Part shown: one piece after another, positions 29,972 to 39,989 of the stretch
Layout of the letters: each line of letters opens with the position of its first letter
Numbering within the stretch: position 1 is the first letter of the stretch
Assembly (NCBI GenBank): GCA_963805975.1
Contig: CAWDVR010000005.1
Location: 128,001-192,000, forward strand
Length of the DNA stretch: 64,000 nucleotides
Reading direction: 5' to 3'
DNA from: an uncultured Acidobacteriota bacterium
GTDB taxonomy: Bacteria > Acidobacteriota > Thermoanaerobaculia > Multivoradales > SZUA-115
Notes under the pieces: model-generated
The model's input: the letters and a program-made list of their open reading frames with translations, nothing else
Databases searched by the model: none
Told to the model about the DNA's origin: nothing
Made by a program: the position numbers and the translations under genes

Positions 29972-31024
29972 ATGCATCGCAGCTTTCAGAAGACCCTCTT
30001 CGCCGCGCTTGCCCTCTGCCTCGCCGGCGCCGTGACCGCGCAAGACCCGGCTCCGCCGGCCGCGGATTCTAAACCCAGCGGCCCGCAGCCCAAGGTCGTC
30101 ATCGCCAATCCGATCGCCGAGCTCCCCGCCGTGCCCAAGGGAGAGAAGGTCAAGCACGACTTCCTGGTCAAGAACGAGGGGCAGGCGCCGCTCGAGATCA
30201 CCAGCGTGCGCCCCTCCTGCGGCTGCACCATCGCCGACTTCGACAAGGTGATCGCGCCGGGCTCGAGCGGCAAGATCCACACCGAGCTCGACACCGCCAA
30301 CATGATGCCCGGCGGCACCGCCAAGACGGTCAGCGTCTTCACCAACGACCCCGCCACGCCCCGCATCGAGCTCACCCTGATGGTGAAGGTGGAGAGCTAC
30401 CTGACCTTCAACCCCGGCTTCGCCCGCTACACCCGCGGCCACGGCTTCGAGCCCGGTGTCGTGACCCAGCTCATGTTCTCGCCGGACTTCGGCGATCTCG
30501 TGATCAGCAAGGTGGAGTCCCCGTGGCCGTTCCTCAAGGTCGAGCACCGCGAGGCCAAGCCGGAGGAGCGCCGCAGCGAGGGCATCGGCAGGGAGTTCGT
30601 CTTCACCGCCACGCTCGACTACGAGGCCGCCCCGGTGGGCCCGCTCAACGGCAACGTCCTGGTCTACACCAACCACCCCAAGCAGCCGATCGGCCGCCTG
30701 CCGGTGTCCGGTTTCGTGCGGCCCCGCGTCGCCATCACGCCGCCGATCGCCGACTTCGGCGACGTGGACCTCTCGCAGCCCGTCACGGCGCGCCTGCTGG
30801 TCAACAACTTCGCGCCCGAGAAGCTGCGCGTGACCTCGGTCGAGCAAGGTCTCTCCGGTGGCAGCGTGACCTTCTCCACCGCCGAGGAGGGCAAGAAGTA
30901 CTACGTCGAGTTCAAGCTGCCCGCCGACCTGCCCAAGGGCCCGTTCTCGAGCGAGATCAAGATCCACACCGACAGCCCGAAGAACGCGATCATCACCGTG
31001 CCGGTGAAGGGCAAGGTGCTGTAA
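29972..31024 (+). CDS. Secreted DUF1573 / Ig-like repeat protein
   Basis: Signal peptide, F.VKNEG.APL.I..VRPSCGCT, TNDP, three Ig-like units. Confidence 0.85.
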   Translation: MHRSFQKTLFAALALCLAGAVTAQDPAPPAADSKPSGPQPKVVIANPIAELPAVPKGEKVKHDFLVKNEGQAPLEITSVRPSCGCTIADFDKVIAPGSSGKIHTELDTANMMPGGTAKTVSVFTNDPATPRIELTLMVKVESYLTFNPGFARYTRGHGFEPGVVTQLMFSPDFGDLVISKVESPWPFLKVEHREAKPEERRSEGIGREFVFTATLDYEAAPVGPLNGNVLVYTNHPKQPIGRLPVSGFVRPRVAITPPIADFGDVDLSQPVTARLLVNNFAPEKLRVTSVEQGLSGGSVTFSTAEEGKKYYVEFKLPADLPKGPFSSEIKIHTDSPKNAIITVPVKGKVL

Positions 31025-31034
31025 GGGCCGACCG

Positions 31035-31157
31035 GCCCTCACCCGACCCTCTCCCGCAGGCGGGAGAGGGCGCCGCCACCCCCCACAGAGGCCAGAGCGC
31101 CTTGCCCTCCGGCCCCCTCGCCCCGCGTCAGCGGGGAGAGGGTTAGGGGTGAGGGGC
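31035..31157. repeat. CCCTCACCC/GGGAGAGGG-type palindromic repeat between convergent genes
   Basis: GCCCTCACCCGACCCTCTCCCGCAGGCGGGAGAGGG...GGGGAGAGGGTTAGGGGTGAGGGGC. Confidence 0.85.
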
Positions 31158-31158
31158 C

Positions 31159-31980
31159 TCAGGGCCTGCCCCAGAGCTCCGCTTCGTCCTTCGGCCGCGC
31201 CGGTGTGCGGCGACCCCGCTGGCGCACCGAATCGACGGCTTCCATGATGGGCGCCAGCACGCGGTTCTGGAGCGCCGCGAGCTCGGCGATCCCGGCGAGC
31301 GCCAGGTCGAGCAGCGTATCCATCTCCGTCCGGCTGAAGGTCTCGCCCTCGCCCGTGCCCTGCACCTCGATCAGCCGTCCCGAGGCCGTGGCGACGACGT
31401 TCATGTCCACTCCCGCCTGCTGGTCCTCCACGTACTCGAGGTCGAGGAGGGCTACGCCGCCCAGCCGGCCCACCGACACCGCCGCCACCTGCTCGGCGAT
31501 CGGCCAGCGCTCGAGGTCGCCGGTCAGCAGCAGCTTGCCCACCGCCAGCACCGCCGCCACGTAGGCGCCGGTGATCGACGCGGTGCGGGTGCCGCCGTCG
31601 GCCTGGAGCACGTCGCAGTCGAGGATCAGCGTGCGCTCGCCGAGGGCCTTCAGGTCCACGGCGGCGCGCAGGCTGCGGCCGATCAGGCGCTGGATCTCCG
31701 AGGTGCGGCCCGAGGGCCGGCCGCGCGTCACCTCGCGCTGCGAGCGCGTGGCGGTGGCGCGCGGCAGCATCGAGTACTCGGCCGTGAGCCAGCCCTTGCC
31801 GCTGTCGCGCAGGAACGGCGGCACCTGGTTCTCGACGCTCGCCGCCACCAGGACCCTGGTATCGCCGACCGAGATCAGCGCCGAGCCCTCGGCGTACTTC
31901 AGCGTGTCGATCTCGATCGCGACCGGCCGCAGGGCATTCGCCGCACGGCCGTGGGGACGGGGGAGGGAAGGGGTCGACAT
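31159..31980 (-). CDS. rph: Ribonuclease PH
   Basis: [52 protein letters not shown]. Confidence 0.98.
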   Translation of the reverse strand: MSTPSLPRPHGRAANALRPVAIEIDTLKYAEGSALISVGDTRVLVAASVENQVPPFLRDSGKGWLTAEYSMLPRATATRSQREVTRGRPSGRTSEIQRLIGRSLRAAVDLKALGERTLILDCDVLQADGGTRTASITGAYVAAVLAVGKLLLTGDLERWPIAEQVAAVSVGRLGGVALLDLEYVEDQQAGVDMNVVATASGRLIEVQGTGEGETFSRTEMDTLLDLALAGIAELAALQNRVLAPIMEAVDSVRQRGRRTPARPKDEAELWGRP

Positions 31981-32094
31981 CCCGGCATTCTAGTGCGCGC
32001 CGATGCACGGTCGCGCCGGTCGCCGCCCATGCCGTGGCCAAAGAGCGGTGGTAGCATAAAGCCCAGCGCAAATAGCGATAGCCGGAAACAACCT

Positions 32095-33135
32095 GTGTTT
32101 ACAGACAAGATCAAGCGGCTCGTGGAGCGGGTCCCCAAGAGTCCATCCTTCTGGACCACGATCGTCCCCACCCGAAGATCCATCAACAAGCTCCTGAGGT
32201 CCAGAACCCTCGTCCCCCTGCTCGCCGAGATCTACGCTCTGCCCGAGCCGGTTCGCTGCGACCTCCTCCGCGCCGGCTCCAACCACAACTACAAGGTACA
32301 GGCAGGCCAAGAGGCCTATGTCCTGCGGGTCTACCTGAACAACCAGTACTACATCGACGGCCCCGACGATTTTCGCTACGAGCTGGACCTGCTGCATTTC
32401 CTGTCGAGCCAGGGCATCCCGGTAGCGACCCCCGTCGCCAACGTCTCGGGGGAACGTCTTTCGACCTGCGAGATCCACGGCGAGACCCGCCACATGGCGC
32501 TGTTCGAGTTCGCGGCCGGCAAAAACGTCGTCAATCTCCAGGATCACCACGCCTACCTCCTGGGAGAGACCGTCGGCCGTGCCCACCAGGCCGCCGACCA
32601 GTTCCAGAGCCCCTACCCCCGCTATCACCTGGACCTGCGCTACCTCCTCGAAGAGCCCCTCGAACGCCTCGGGCAGCAGCTCCAGGAACACAAGATGGGC
32701 GACCTGAGCTTCTTCCGCCCCCGTGCGCAAGCCCTCCGTCGAGCCGCTGAGAGCCTGCCCAAGACGCCGCCCGCCTACGGTCTGATCCACGCCGACCTGA
32801 ACTTGAGCAACGTCCTCTATCATCCGGACGCCGGATTCACCCTCCTCGATTTCGAGCACGCCGCCTTCGGTTGGCGCGCCTACGACCTGGGCATCTTCGG
32901 GGACATACTCAAGGGCCACCGCTGGACCGCCTGCCTGAAGGGCTACGAATCGGTGCGCCCTCTCTCCGCAGCGGAGAAAGAATTCTTCACTTCCTTCTCG
33001 GCTTTTCGAACCCTCTGGGACATCGGTGACATCCTCAACATGATGTCCTCCTGGGGCGAGAAACCCAGCGAGAAATTCCTCAGAGAATGTCTGGCACGGG
33101 TGCAGAGGCTGGCGCGAGAGCCATTGCCCGCGTAG
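32095..33135 (+). CDS. APH/homoserine-kinase-II-like phosphotransferase (start uncertain)
   Basis: YVLRVY, ELDLL, LIHADLNLSN (HxDxxxxN), LDFE, YDL. Confidence 0.85.
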   Translation: MFTDKIKRLVERVPKSPSFWTTIVPTRRSINKLLRSRTLVPLLAEIYALPEPVRCDLLRAGSNHNYKVQAGQEAYVLRVYLNNQYYIDGPDDFRYELDLLHFLSSQGIPVATPVANVSGERLSTCEIHGETRHMALFEFAAGKNVVNLQDHHAYLLGETVGRAHQAADQFQSPYPRYHLDLRYLLEEPLERLGQQLQEHKMGDLSFFRPRAQALRRAAESLPKTPPAYGLIHADLNLSNVLYHPDAGFTLLDFEHAAFGWRAYDLGIFGDILKGHRWTACLKGYESVRPLSAAEKEFFTSFSAFRTLWDIGDILNMMSSWGEKPSEKFLRECLARVQRLAREPLPA

Positions 33136-33162
33136 GGCGTCGCGCGATCCGGGGCCAGGCCG

Positions 33163-33963
33163 CTACCGCACGTCGACCAGCTCCAGCGTCTCCGCGGTCT
33201 CGCCGAGGATGAGGCGGGCGAACTTGCCGAAGCGGCTGCCGGCGTCGGTGACGCAGAAGTGGTGCTCGGGCTCGTGGTCGCCACCGGCGGCGAGGCCGGC
33301 CTGGGCGAGGCCCTCGGCCACGGCCCTGGCGGTCGAGTCCGCGGAGTCGACCATGGTCACTTCCGGCCCCAGCACGCGGGCGAGCGCCGGCTCGAGCAGC
33401 GGGTAGTGGGTGCAGCCCAGCACCAGGGTGTCGATCGCGGCCTCCTGGAGCGGCGCCAGGTAGCGCCTCGCCACCTCCTCGGTCACCGGGTCGTCGAGCC
33501 AGCCTTCCTCGACCAGGGGCACGAAGAGCGGGCAAGCCTGGCCCAGGATCTCGAGATCGGGGCGCAGGGCCGAGAGCGAGCGGCCGTAGGCATTCGAGGC
33601 GATGGTGGACTCGGTGCCGATGACGCCCACTCTGCGGCGGGCCACGGCCGCCGCCGCCCGCGCCCCCGGCTCGATCACGCCCCACACCGGCACCGTGGCG
33701 TAGACCTCGCCCATGGCCACCGAGGAAGCCGTGTTGCAGGCGATGACCACGGCCTTGACGCCGCGCTCGACCAGGAAGAGCACGTTGCGGCGCGTGTAGC
33801 GGCCGACGGTCGCCGGCGACTTGGTGCCGTAGGGCAGGCGTGCGGTGTCGCCCAGGTAGAGGATCGACTCGTGAGGAAGCTGGCGGCGCAGCGCGGCGAC
33901 CACCGTGAAGCCGCCGACCCCGGAGTCGAAGACGCCTATCGGCCGCCCGTCACCGCGTGCCAT
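33163..33963 (-). CDS. murI: Glutamate racemase
   Basis: FDSGVGG, DTARLPYG.KS, IACNTAS, LGCTHYP. Confidence 0.98.
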   Translation of the reverse strand: MARGDGRPIGVFDSGVGGFTVVAALRRQLPHESILYLGDTARLPYGTKSPATVGRYTRRNVLFLVERGVKAVVIACNTASSVAMGEVYATVPVWGVIEPGARAAAAVARRRVGVIGTESTIASNAYGRSLSALRPDLEILGQACPLFVPLVEEGWLDDPVTEEVARRYLAPLQEAAIDTLVLGCTHYPLLEPALARVLGPEVTMVDSADSTARAVAEGLAQAGLAAGGDHEPEHHFCVTDAGSRFGKFARLILGETAETLELVDVR

Positions 33964-36133
33964 CGGCCTCTCCGGGCCGCCGCGCCAGGAGCGAGAGGTC
34001 CGGGGCGAAGGGCCGGGTGGCGTCGAAGTGGCCGCCGAAGGTCTCCGGCTGCACGCCGTTCCACAGCAGCACCACGCGCCGCACCTCGGAGACGTTGAGC
34101 GACACGGAATTGACCAGGCTCATCACCCGCTGCCACTCCTCGGTCGAGCCCGCGGGCGGGATCCCGCCGCCGCGGCTGCTGGTCAGGTCGATGAACGCGA
34201 TGCCCTCGGCCGAGAGCTGCGCCGCAGCCAGCTCGACGCCCTCGGGGAAAGGTGCCGCGAGCTCGCCGCTCTCGGGCCCGGCGAGCACCAGGCGCACCAC
34301 CGCCTCGAGCTGGCCCTCGGCGTCGCCCTGGGTCTCGATCTCGTGGCGCTCGGCGTGCAGCAGGCCGTCGGCGCCCGGAAAGTACACGTCGACCGGCAGC
34401 GCGTACGCGCCACGCTCGGTGATGCGGGGCGCCTCGTCCTCTTTCGACCCGCGGCAGGCGAGACCGGCGGCGAGCGTGGTGGCGAGCGAAGCCAGCGCGA
34501 GGCCCCGCCGGCGGCGGTGCCGCCTGCTCCGCGAGGCCCCGGCGGTGAGAGCGGCCGGTACAGGCCCGGCCGCTACGTCCGGAGAAGAGCCCTGGGAGGG
34601 CGGTGAGGCAGGAGCCTCGGGCTCGGTCCCGGTTCCGGGAGGGGGCGCGGCGCCGGCACGGAAGCGGACGATGGCGCGCACCAGAGCCGCGGCGAGGGCC
34701 GTGCGGTGGGCCGGCTCCTGCAGCTTGGCCTCCTCGTCCGGGTTGGAGAGGAAGCCGAGCTCGACCAGCACCGCGGGCATCTCGGCGCCCACCAGCACCG
34801 CGAACGGCGCCTGCTTGACGCCCCGGTCCTTCAAGCCCAGGGCGGCGTTGAGCTCGCCCTGGATGAAGCTCGCCAGGCGCTGGCTGTCCGCCAGGTGGCG
34901 GCTCTGCGCCAGGTCCCAGAGGATCAGCTCGAGGTCCCCTGCCGCCTCGTCGCCGGCCGCCCCGCCGAACCGGTTCTCGGACTCGGCGGCGGCCGCCGCC
35001 TGGCGGTCGGATGCCTTGAGGCTCAGGAAGTAGGTCTCGGCACCGAACGGCCGGCCGCCGAGCGAGGAGTTGAGATGGATCGAGATCAGGAGCTCCGCCC
35101 GGTTCTCGTTGGCGACCGCGGTGCGCTCCGCGAACGGCACCGCCACGTCCTTGCTCCGGGTCAGCAGCACGCGCACCGGTGCCGCGGCCTCGAGCTGGCG
35201 CTCGACCTCGAGCGCCAAGGCCAGCGTGAGCTCCTTCTCCACGGCGCCGTTCTTGCCCACGGCACCGGTCTCGGCGCCGCCGTGACCGGGATCGAGCACG
35301 ATGGTGGCCGCCCCACCGCGGGGCGGCAGGGGCAGCAGGTCGGGCACCGCGGCGCCGGGCAGGGCTCCGCGGTGGAGGTCGAACACCAGGCGGAACGGCG
35401 GCTGCTCCAGGGCGTAGCTCTCGGCCACCACCCCCGGCGCCAGCGTGATGCGCAGGCGGTCGCCCGCGAGCTGGAGCGAGCGGATCAACGGATCCTCGGC
35501 CTGGGGCACGGCGGTGCCACGGGCGAAGGCCCCGCCCAGGAGGCGCACGTCGATGGTCTGGCCGTCCTGCTCGATCCGGTAGTGCGGCGCGCTGGCCGGG
35601 AAGCGCACCACCAGAGTGGTAGTGCCCTGGAGGTGGACCACCTCGACCGCGGCCTCGACCTCGGTGGTCCCCGGCCGCTCGGCCGAGAGCTCCTGGCGCT
35701 CACCGTCCCACTGGAAGACCCAGCCCGCGCGCTCGCCGAGGCTCTTTTCGAGCAGGTCGAGCGGCACCAGGATGGAAGATCCTTGCGCCGCGGGCCGCTG
35801 CGAGAGGGCGAGGATCTGCTGGCCGGTGACGAGCTGCGTGCTGGTGGTGCCGAAGAGGAAGCTCGTGCCGTCGATCTCCAGCGCGTAGCCTTGCCCGCCG
35901 GTCGCCGACAGCCTGGCACCGAGCTCGATGGCGAGCGGCTCGAGAGCGACGAGCGTCCCTTCGGCGGTGGTGGCGAACGGCAGCGCGATCGCCCGGCTGC
36001 CGGTGCGCAGCGTGGCGGTGCCGGTCGCGGTGAAGACGGGAGGGGGGAGCGGCTCCGGTTTCTGGGCGCGCGCCAGCACGGCGGCCCAGGCGAGGCAGAG
36101 GGCCAGGACGAAAGCGGCGCCGCGGGCGTTCAC
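33950..36133 (-). CDS. N-acetylmuramoyl-L-alanine amidase (Amidase_3) fused in-frame to a GerMN domain
   Basis: Signal peptide, LDPGHGG, ISIHLN, PAVLVELGFLSN; then LAAGLAC, VYFP, LAGP, AFIDL (GerMN). Confidence 0.85.
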   Translation of the reverse strand: MNARGAAFVLALCLAWAAVLARAQKPEPLPPPVFTATGTATLRTGSRAIALPFATTAEGTLVALEPLAIELGARLSATGGQGYALEIDGTSFLFGTTSTQLVTGQQILALSQRPAAQGSSILVPLDLLEKSLGERAGWVFQWDGERQELSAERPGTTEVEAAVEVVHLQGTTTLVVRFPASAPHYRIEQDGQTIDVRLLGGAFARGTAVPQAEDPLIRSLQLAGDRLRITLAPGVVAESYALEQPPFRLVFDLHRGALPGAAVPDLLPLPPRGGAATIVLDPGHGGAETGAVGKNGAVEKELTLALALEVERQLEAAAPVRVLLTRSKDVAVPFAERTAVANENRAELLISIHLNSSLGGRPFGAETYFLSLKASDRQAAAAAESENRFGGAAGDEAAGDLELILWDLAQSRHLADSQRLASFIQGELNAALGLKDRGVKQAPFAVLVGAEMPAVLVELGFLSNPDEEAKLQEPAHRTALAAALVRAIVRFRAGAAPPPGTGTEPEAPASPPSQGSSPDVAAGPVPAALTAGASRSRRHRRRRGLALASLATTLAAGLACRGSKEDEAPRITERGAYALPVDVYFPGADGLLHAERHEIETQGDAEGQLEAVVRLVLAGPESGELAAPFPEGVELAAAQLSAEGIAFIDLTSSRGGGIPPAGSTEEWQRVMSLVNSVSLNVSEVRRVVLLWNGVQPETFGGHFDATRPFAPDLSLLARRPGEADGTR

Positions 36134-36232
36134 GGCGGGCGAGGATACCATCGCCCCGGCCCACCCTCCGGCAGTGGCCGGCGGCGCGGGGCTTCTCAAG
36201 TATGCTTGCCCGGTTTCTGAGGAGGAGTCAGG

Positions 36233-36634
36233 ATGGAGATCCGGCAGACCCGCCTCGTGCTCCGCGCCAAGAGCTTCGAGCGCACCACGCAGTTCTACGG
36301 CGAGACGCTGTCCCTGCCGCGCCTCACGAACTGGGACCGCGCGGACGGTCGCGGCGCCTGCTTCCAGGCCGGCCATGCCGTGATCGAGATCCTGGGGCGC
36401 GGCAAGGGCGAGCTGGGCGACCTGCGCGACGAGGCCTTCGAGTACCAGGGGCCGGACCAGAAGATGACGCTGCTCTTCGTGGTGCCCTCGGCGGAGAAGG
36501 CCTACGAGGACCTATTGTTTCGCCAGAAGAACATTCCCGGCGGCCTGCGGCGCGACGTGGACGGCGCCCTGCTCTTCGAGACCCACGACCCCGACGGCGT
36601 CAAGATCTACTTCCGCCAGCTCGAGAGCGCCTGA
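36233..36634 (+). CDS. VOC/glyoxalase family protein
   Basis: GAGGAG RBS; FY..TL and HDPDGVKI motifs. Confidence 0.8.
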   Translation: MEIRQTRLVLRAKSFERTTQFYGETLSLPRLTNWDRADGRGACFQAGHAVIEILGRGKGELGDLRDEAFEYQGPDQKMTLLFVVPSAEKAYEDLLFRQKNIPGGLRRDVDGALLFETHDPDGVKIYFRQLESA

Positions 36635-36645
36635 GAGGCAAGCTC

Positions 36646-37356
36646 TCAGCCGGTGAGCCCCAGGATCGCCGGCAGCGCCTGGAGATTGGTCAGGTCACCC
36701 TGCCCGCGCCGGCGGTCGAGCAGCAGCGCGTGCATGCCGACGGCGATCGCGCCTTCCAGGTCCTCGCGGCGGCGGTCGCCCACGTGCAGCACCTCCTCGG
36801 CCGGGAGGTGCAAGCGGTCGAGCGCGATGCGGAAGATGCGCGGATCGGGCTTCTCGCAGTCGACCTCCGAGGAATAGACCACCGCCTCGAAGCGGGCGGC
36901 CAGCCCGAGCCGCTCGAGGAGCGCCGGCAGCCGCTCGTCCCAGTTGGCGATGGCCGCCAGCTTGAGGCCGGACTCGGCCAGCCGGTCGAGGGCGGGGAGC
37001 GCCTCCGGGTAGATCTCCCAGGCCTCGGCGCGGCCGAAGCGGGCGTAGAGCTCGGCGGCGGCGAAGGGCGAGAGCTCGCCCGCACCCAGGTGCTCCAGGA
37101 TGCGCTCGAGGAACCGCGCCCAGAAGCCGCGCGCGCCCTGCGGGTGCGAGTTGAAGCGGTCGCGGCCGAGCACCGCCGTGCAATCGAGCTCCCGCCACAC
37201 CTCCGCGATCAGCCGCTCGATCCGGTCCGCGTCCGCCACCACACCGTGCCGGGACAGCACCTCGGCGTAGATCTCCCCGCGCAGCGGCGAGTGGAAGATC
37301 GTGCCCGTCAGGTCGAAGGTGACGGCCGAGAGCGAAGAACGGAGCAGGCGGACCGT
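36646..37356 (-). CDS. HAD-IA hydrolase (HDHD3/REG-2-like)
   Basis: Motif I FDLTGT lies upstream of the ORF-track start; NWDERL, EKPDPRIF, HVGD..EDLEGA. The probable start is an ACG after GAGGAG. Confidence 0.85.
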   Translation of the reverse strand, partial: TVRLLRSSLSAVTFDLTGTIFHSPLRGEIYAEVLSRHGVVADADRIERLIAEVWRELDCTAVLGRDRFNSHPQGARGFWARFLERILEHLGAGELSPFAAAELYARFGRAEAWEIYPEALPALDRLAESGLKLAAIANWDERLPALLERLGLAARFEAVVYSSEVDCEKPDPRIFRIALDRLHLPAEEVLHVGDRRREDLEGAIAVGMHALLLDRRRGQGDLTNLQALPAILGLTG

Positions 37357-37382
37357 GGTTTTCTCCTCGAGGCGGGGCGAGC

Positions 37383-38156
37383 CTACCCCTGGCGCCAGGC
37401 TTCGACCGGGTTGGCGAGCACTCCGACGCCGGGCACCTCGACCTCCATGCGGTCGCCGTCGGCGAGCGTGCCCACGCCGGCCGGGGTGCCGGTGAGGAGC
37501 AGGTCGCCGGGCTCGAGGGTCATGATCCGCGACACGTAGGCAAGCAGCTCGGCGATGCCCCAGGCCATGTCGCGGGCCTGGCCGCGCTGGCGCTCCTCGC
37601 CGTTGACGCGGGTCACCACCTCGAGATCTTCGAGATCGGCATCCAGCAGGATCGCGGGGCCCAGCGGGCAGAAGCTGTCGAAAGACTTGGCGCGGGCGAA
37701 GGTGGCGTCCTTCTTCTGCAGGTCGCGGGCCGTCACGTCGCAGGCGCAGGTGACTCCCAGCACCGCCGAGCGCGCCTCCCCGGCCGAGGCCCGCCGCAGC
37801 CGCCTGCCCACCACCACGGCGATCTCGCCCTCGTACTCCACGCGTGCGCTCTCCGGCGGCAGCACGACCGGCACATTGGGGCCGACGATCGTCGAGGTCG
37901 CCTTCAAGAAGACCAGCGGCTCGGCCGGCATGGGGTTGCCCAGCTCGGCGGCGTGGTCCTTGTAGTTGCGGCCGATACCGACGATCTTGCCCGGCACGAT
38001 CGGCGCCAGGAGCTTCTCCCGTCCGGGGTCGACCGCCCGCCCGTACTCGTACCCTCCCGGCGCGGTGGCCAGGGGATCGGAGTAGAGCGCGCGGACCACC
38101 CCCTCCGGGTCGGTCGCCGCGTAGAAACCCTCCGGGCTGAGCCGGTAGAGAAGCAT
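37383..38156 (-). CDS. Fumarylacetoacetate hydrolase family protein
   Basis: KIVGIGRNY, FLKA, YEGE, DVTARD, AKSFDSFCPLGP, GDLLLTGTPAGV. Confidence 0.95.
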   Translation of the reverse strand: MLLYRLSPEGFYAATDPEGVVRALYSDPLATAPGGYEYGRAVDPGREKLLAPIVPGKIVGIGRNYKDHAAELGNPMPAEPLVFLKATSTIVGPNVPVVLPPESARVEYEGEIAVVVGRRLRRASAGEARSAVLGVTCACDVTARDLQKKDATFARAKSFDSFCPLGPAILLDADLEDLEVVTRVNGEERQRGQARDMAWGIAELLAYVSRIMTLEPGDLLLTGTPAGVGTLADGDRMEVEVPGVGVLANPVEAWRQG

Positions 38157-38204
38157 CGGGGGAATTCTACAGGGCCAGGCTCATCGGCGCCGGCCAGCCC
38201 TCGT

Positions 38205-39177
38205 TCAACTCTGTCCCCGCCGCACCAGCAGCCAGAGAAAGAACGGCCCGCCGGCGAGGGCGGTGAGGATGCCTACCGGCAGCTCGGCCGGGGCCATCAG
38301 GGTGCGGGCGGCCAAGTCGGAGAGGGCGAGGAAGATGCCCCCACCCGCGAGGCAGGCGGGTACCAGGAACAGGTGGTCGTGCCCCACGAAGCGGCGCAGC
38401 ACGTGGGGCACGATCAGGCCCACGAAGCCGAGCGGCCCGGCGACCGCCACCAGCGCGCCGATCGCGAGCGACGCGCCGCCCAGGACCAGCAGGCGCAGGC
38501 GCGCGAGGTCGACACCGCGCGCGGCGGCGGTCTCCTCGCCGGTCAAGAGCAGATTGAGCGGCCAGCGCAGGGCGACGAGCAGGCCGCCCAGGCCGAGCGA
38601 CCAGGGCAGGAGCCACAAGCACCTCGCGGTAGCCCACCACGGCGAGCCCGCCCATCATCCAGCGCACCATGCGGAAGGTCTTGGTGGCGTCGGCCGTGTA
38701 CTGGAGGAAGAGGATCAGGGCCGAGGTGGAGAGCGAGATCGCGATACCCGCGAGGAGAAGCGTGCCGGTCTCGAAGCGGTCCTGCCGCGAGGCGAGGCCC
38801 ACCACCAGCGCGGCGGCGGCCAGCGCGCCGCAGAAGCTCGCCAGGGTCACAGAGATTCCCAACCCCTCGCCGGCCAGGGCGATCGCCGCCACCGCGCCGA
38901 GGGCTGCGCCGCCCGCCACCCCCAGTGTGTAGGGCTCGGCCAGAGGGTTCCTGAACAGGGTCTGGAAGGCGAGGCCGGCGCTCGCCAGGATGCCGCCCGC
39001 GAGGAGCGCCAAGAGCACCCGCGGCAGCCGGAGCTGCCAGACGATCACGGCCCCCTGGCCCTCGCCCGAGAGCGCCGTGCCGAGGTCCACCGCCTGGCTG
39101 CCCAGGAGCGGCGCCACCACCAGCGTGGCCACCCAGGCGAGAGCCAGGAGGAGGAGGAAGGCGGCGCGGCGGCTCAA
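38205..39177 (-). CDS. btuC: Cobalamin/iron-chelate ABC permease (frameshift near 38617)
   Basis: LRLPR, FQTLFRNPLAEPYTLG, then in the other frame GEETA..RGV, GFVGLIVPH, ELPVG, GGPFF. Confidence 0.9.
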
Positions 39178-39989
39178 CCGACGTCCTCGGCCGGAGCGCC
39201 CGCTTCGTCGAAGGCGAGGAGAGTGAGGGGGCGTTCGCCGGATGCCACGACGGTGAACGGCGCCGCGAAGAGCCGGGTGAGGAGCGGCGGCGCCAGGAGC
39301 TCCGCCGGCGTGCCGCTCGCCAGCAGGCGCCCCTCCTGGAGAGCGGCCACCCGGTCTGCGAGCCGCGAGGCGAAGTTGAGATCGTGGGTGGCGAAGACCA
39401 CCGTCTGATCGCCCCGCCGCCGGAGGGCGAGGAGGATGGCGGCCACGTCCCGCTGGTGGCGGGGATCGAGGTGTGTGGTGGGCTCGTCCAGCAACAGGAT
39501 CTCCGCTTCCTGGGCGAGCGCGGCGGCGATGTAGGCGGCCTGGCGCTCGCCGCCCGAGAGCTCATCGAGCCGGCGGCCGGAGAGCGGCGCCACCCCGGCC
39601 AGCTCCAGGGACTCGCGCACGGCACGGTAATCCTGCGGCCTGGGCGCGAGCTGGAAAGCCGAGAGATGCGGGAAGCGGCCCTGGAGCACCAGCTCCTCGA
39701 CCGTGAACGGTACCCGCGCCGGCCGCACCTGCGGCACGTACGCCACCCGCCGCGCCAGCTCGCGCCGGGACAGGCTCGCGTACGGGCGGTCCTGGTAGCG
39801 CACCTCGCCGGCCGTGGGCGGCAGCACCCCGGCCAGCAGGCGCAACAGGGTCGTCTTACCGGCCCCGTTCGGGCCGACCAGGGCCAGGCACTCGCCGCGC
39901 GCCAGATCGAGGTCCAAGGGCCCGAGCACCGTCCTCGCCCCCACCCTCCAGGCGAGGCCGCGCGCCGTGAGGAGGGCCGGCGGGCTCAC
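39174..39989 (-). CDS. btuD: Cobalamin/iron-chelate ABC ATPase
   Basis: GPNGAGKTT, LSGGERQ, LLDEPT, HDLN. Confidence 0.92.
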   Translation of the reverse strand: MSPPALLTARGLAWRVGARTVLGPLDLDLARGECLALVGPNGAGKTTLLRLLAGVLPPTAGEVRYQDRPYASLSRRELARRVAYVPQVRPARVPFTVEELVLQGRFPHLSAFQLAPRPQDYRAVRESLELAGVAPLSGRRLDELSGGERQAAYIAAALAQEAEILLLDEPTTHLDPRHQRDVAAILLALRRRGDQTVVFATHDLNFASRLADRVAALQEGRLLASGTPAELLAPPLLTRLFAAPFTVVASGERPLTLLAFDEAGAPAEDVG

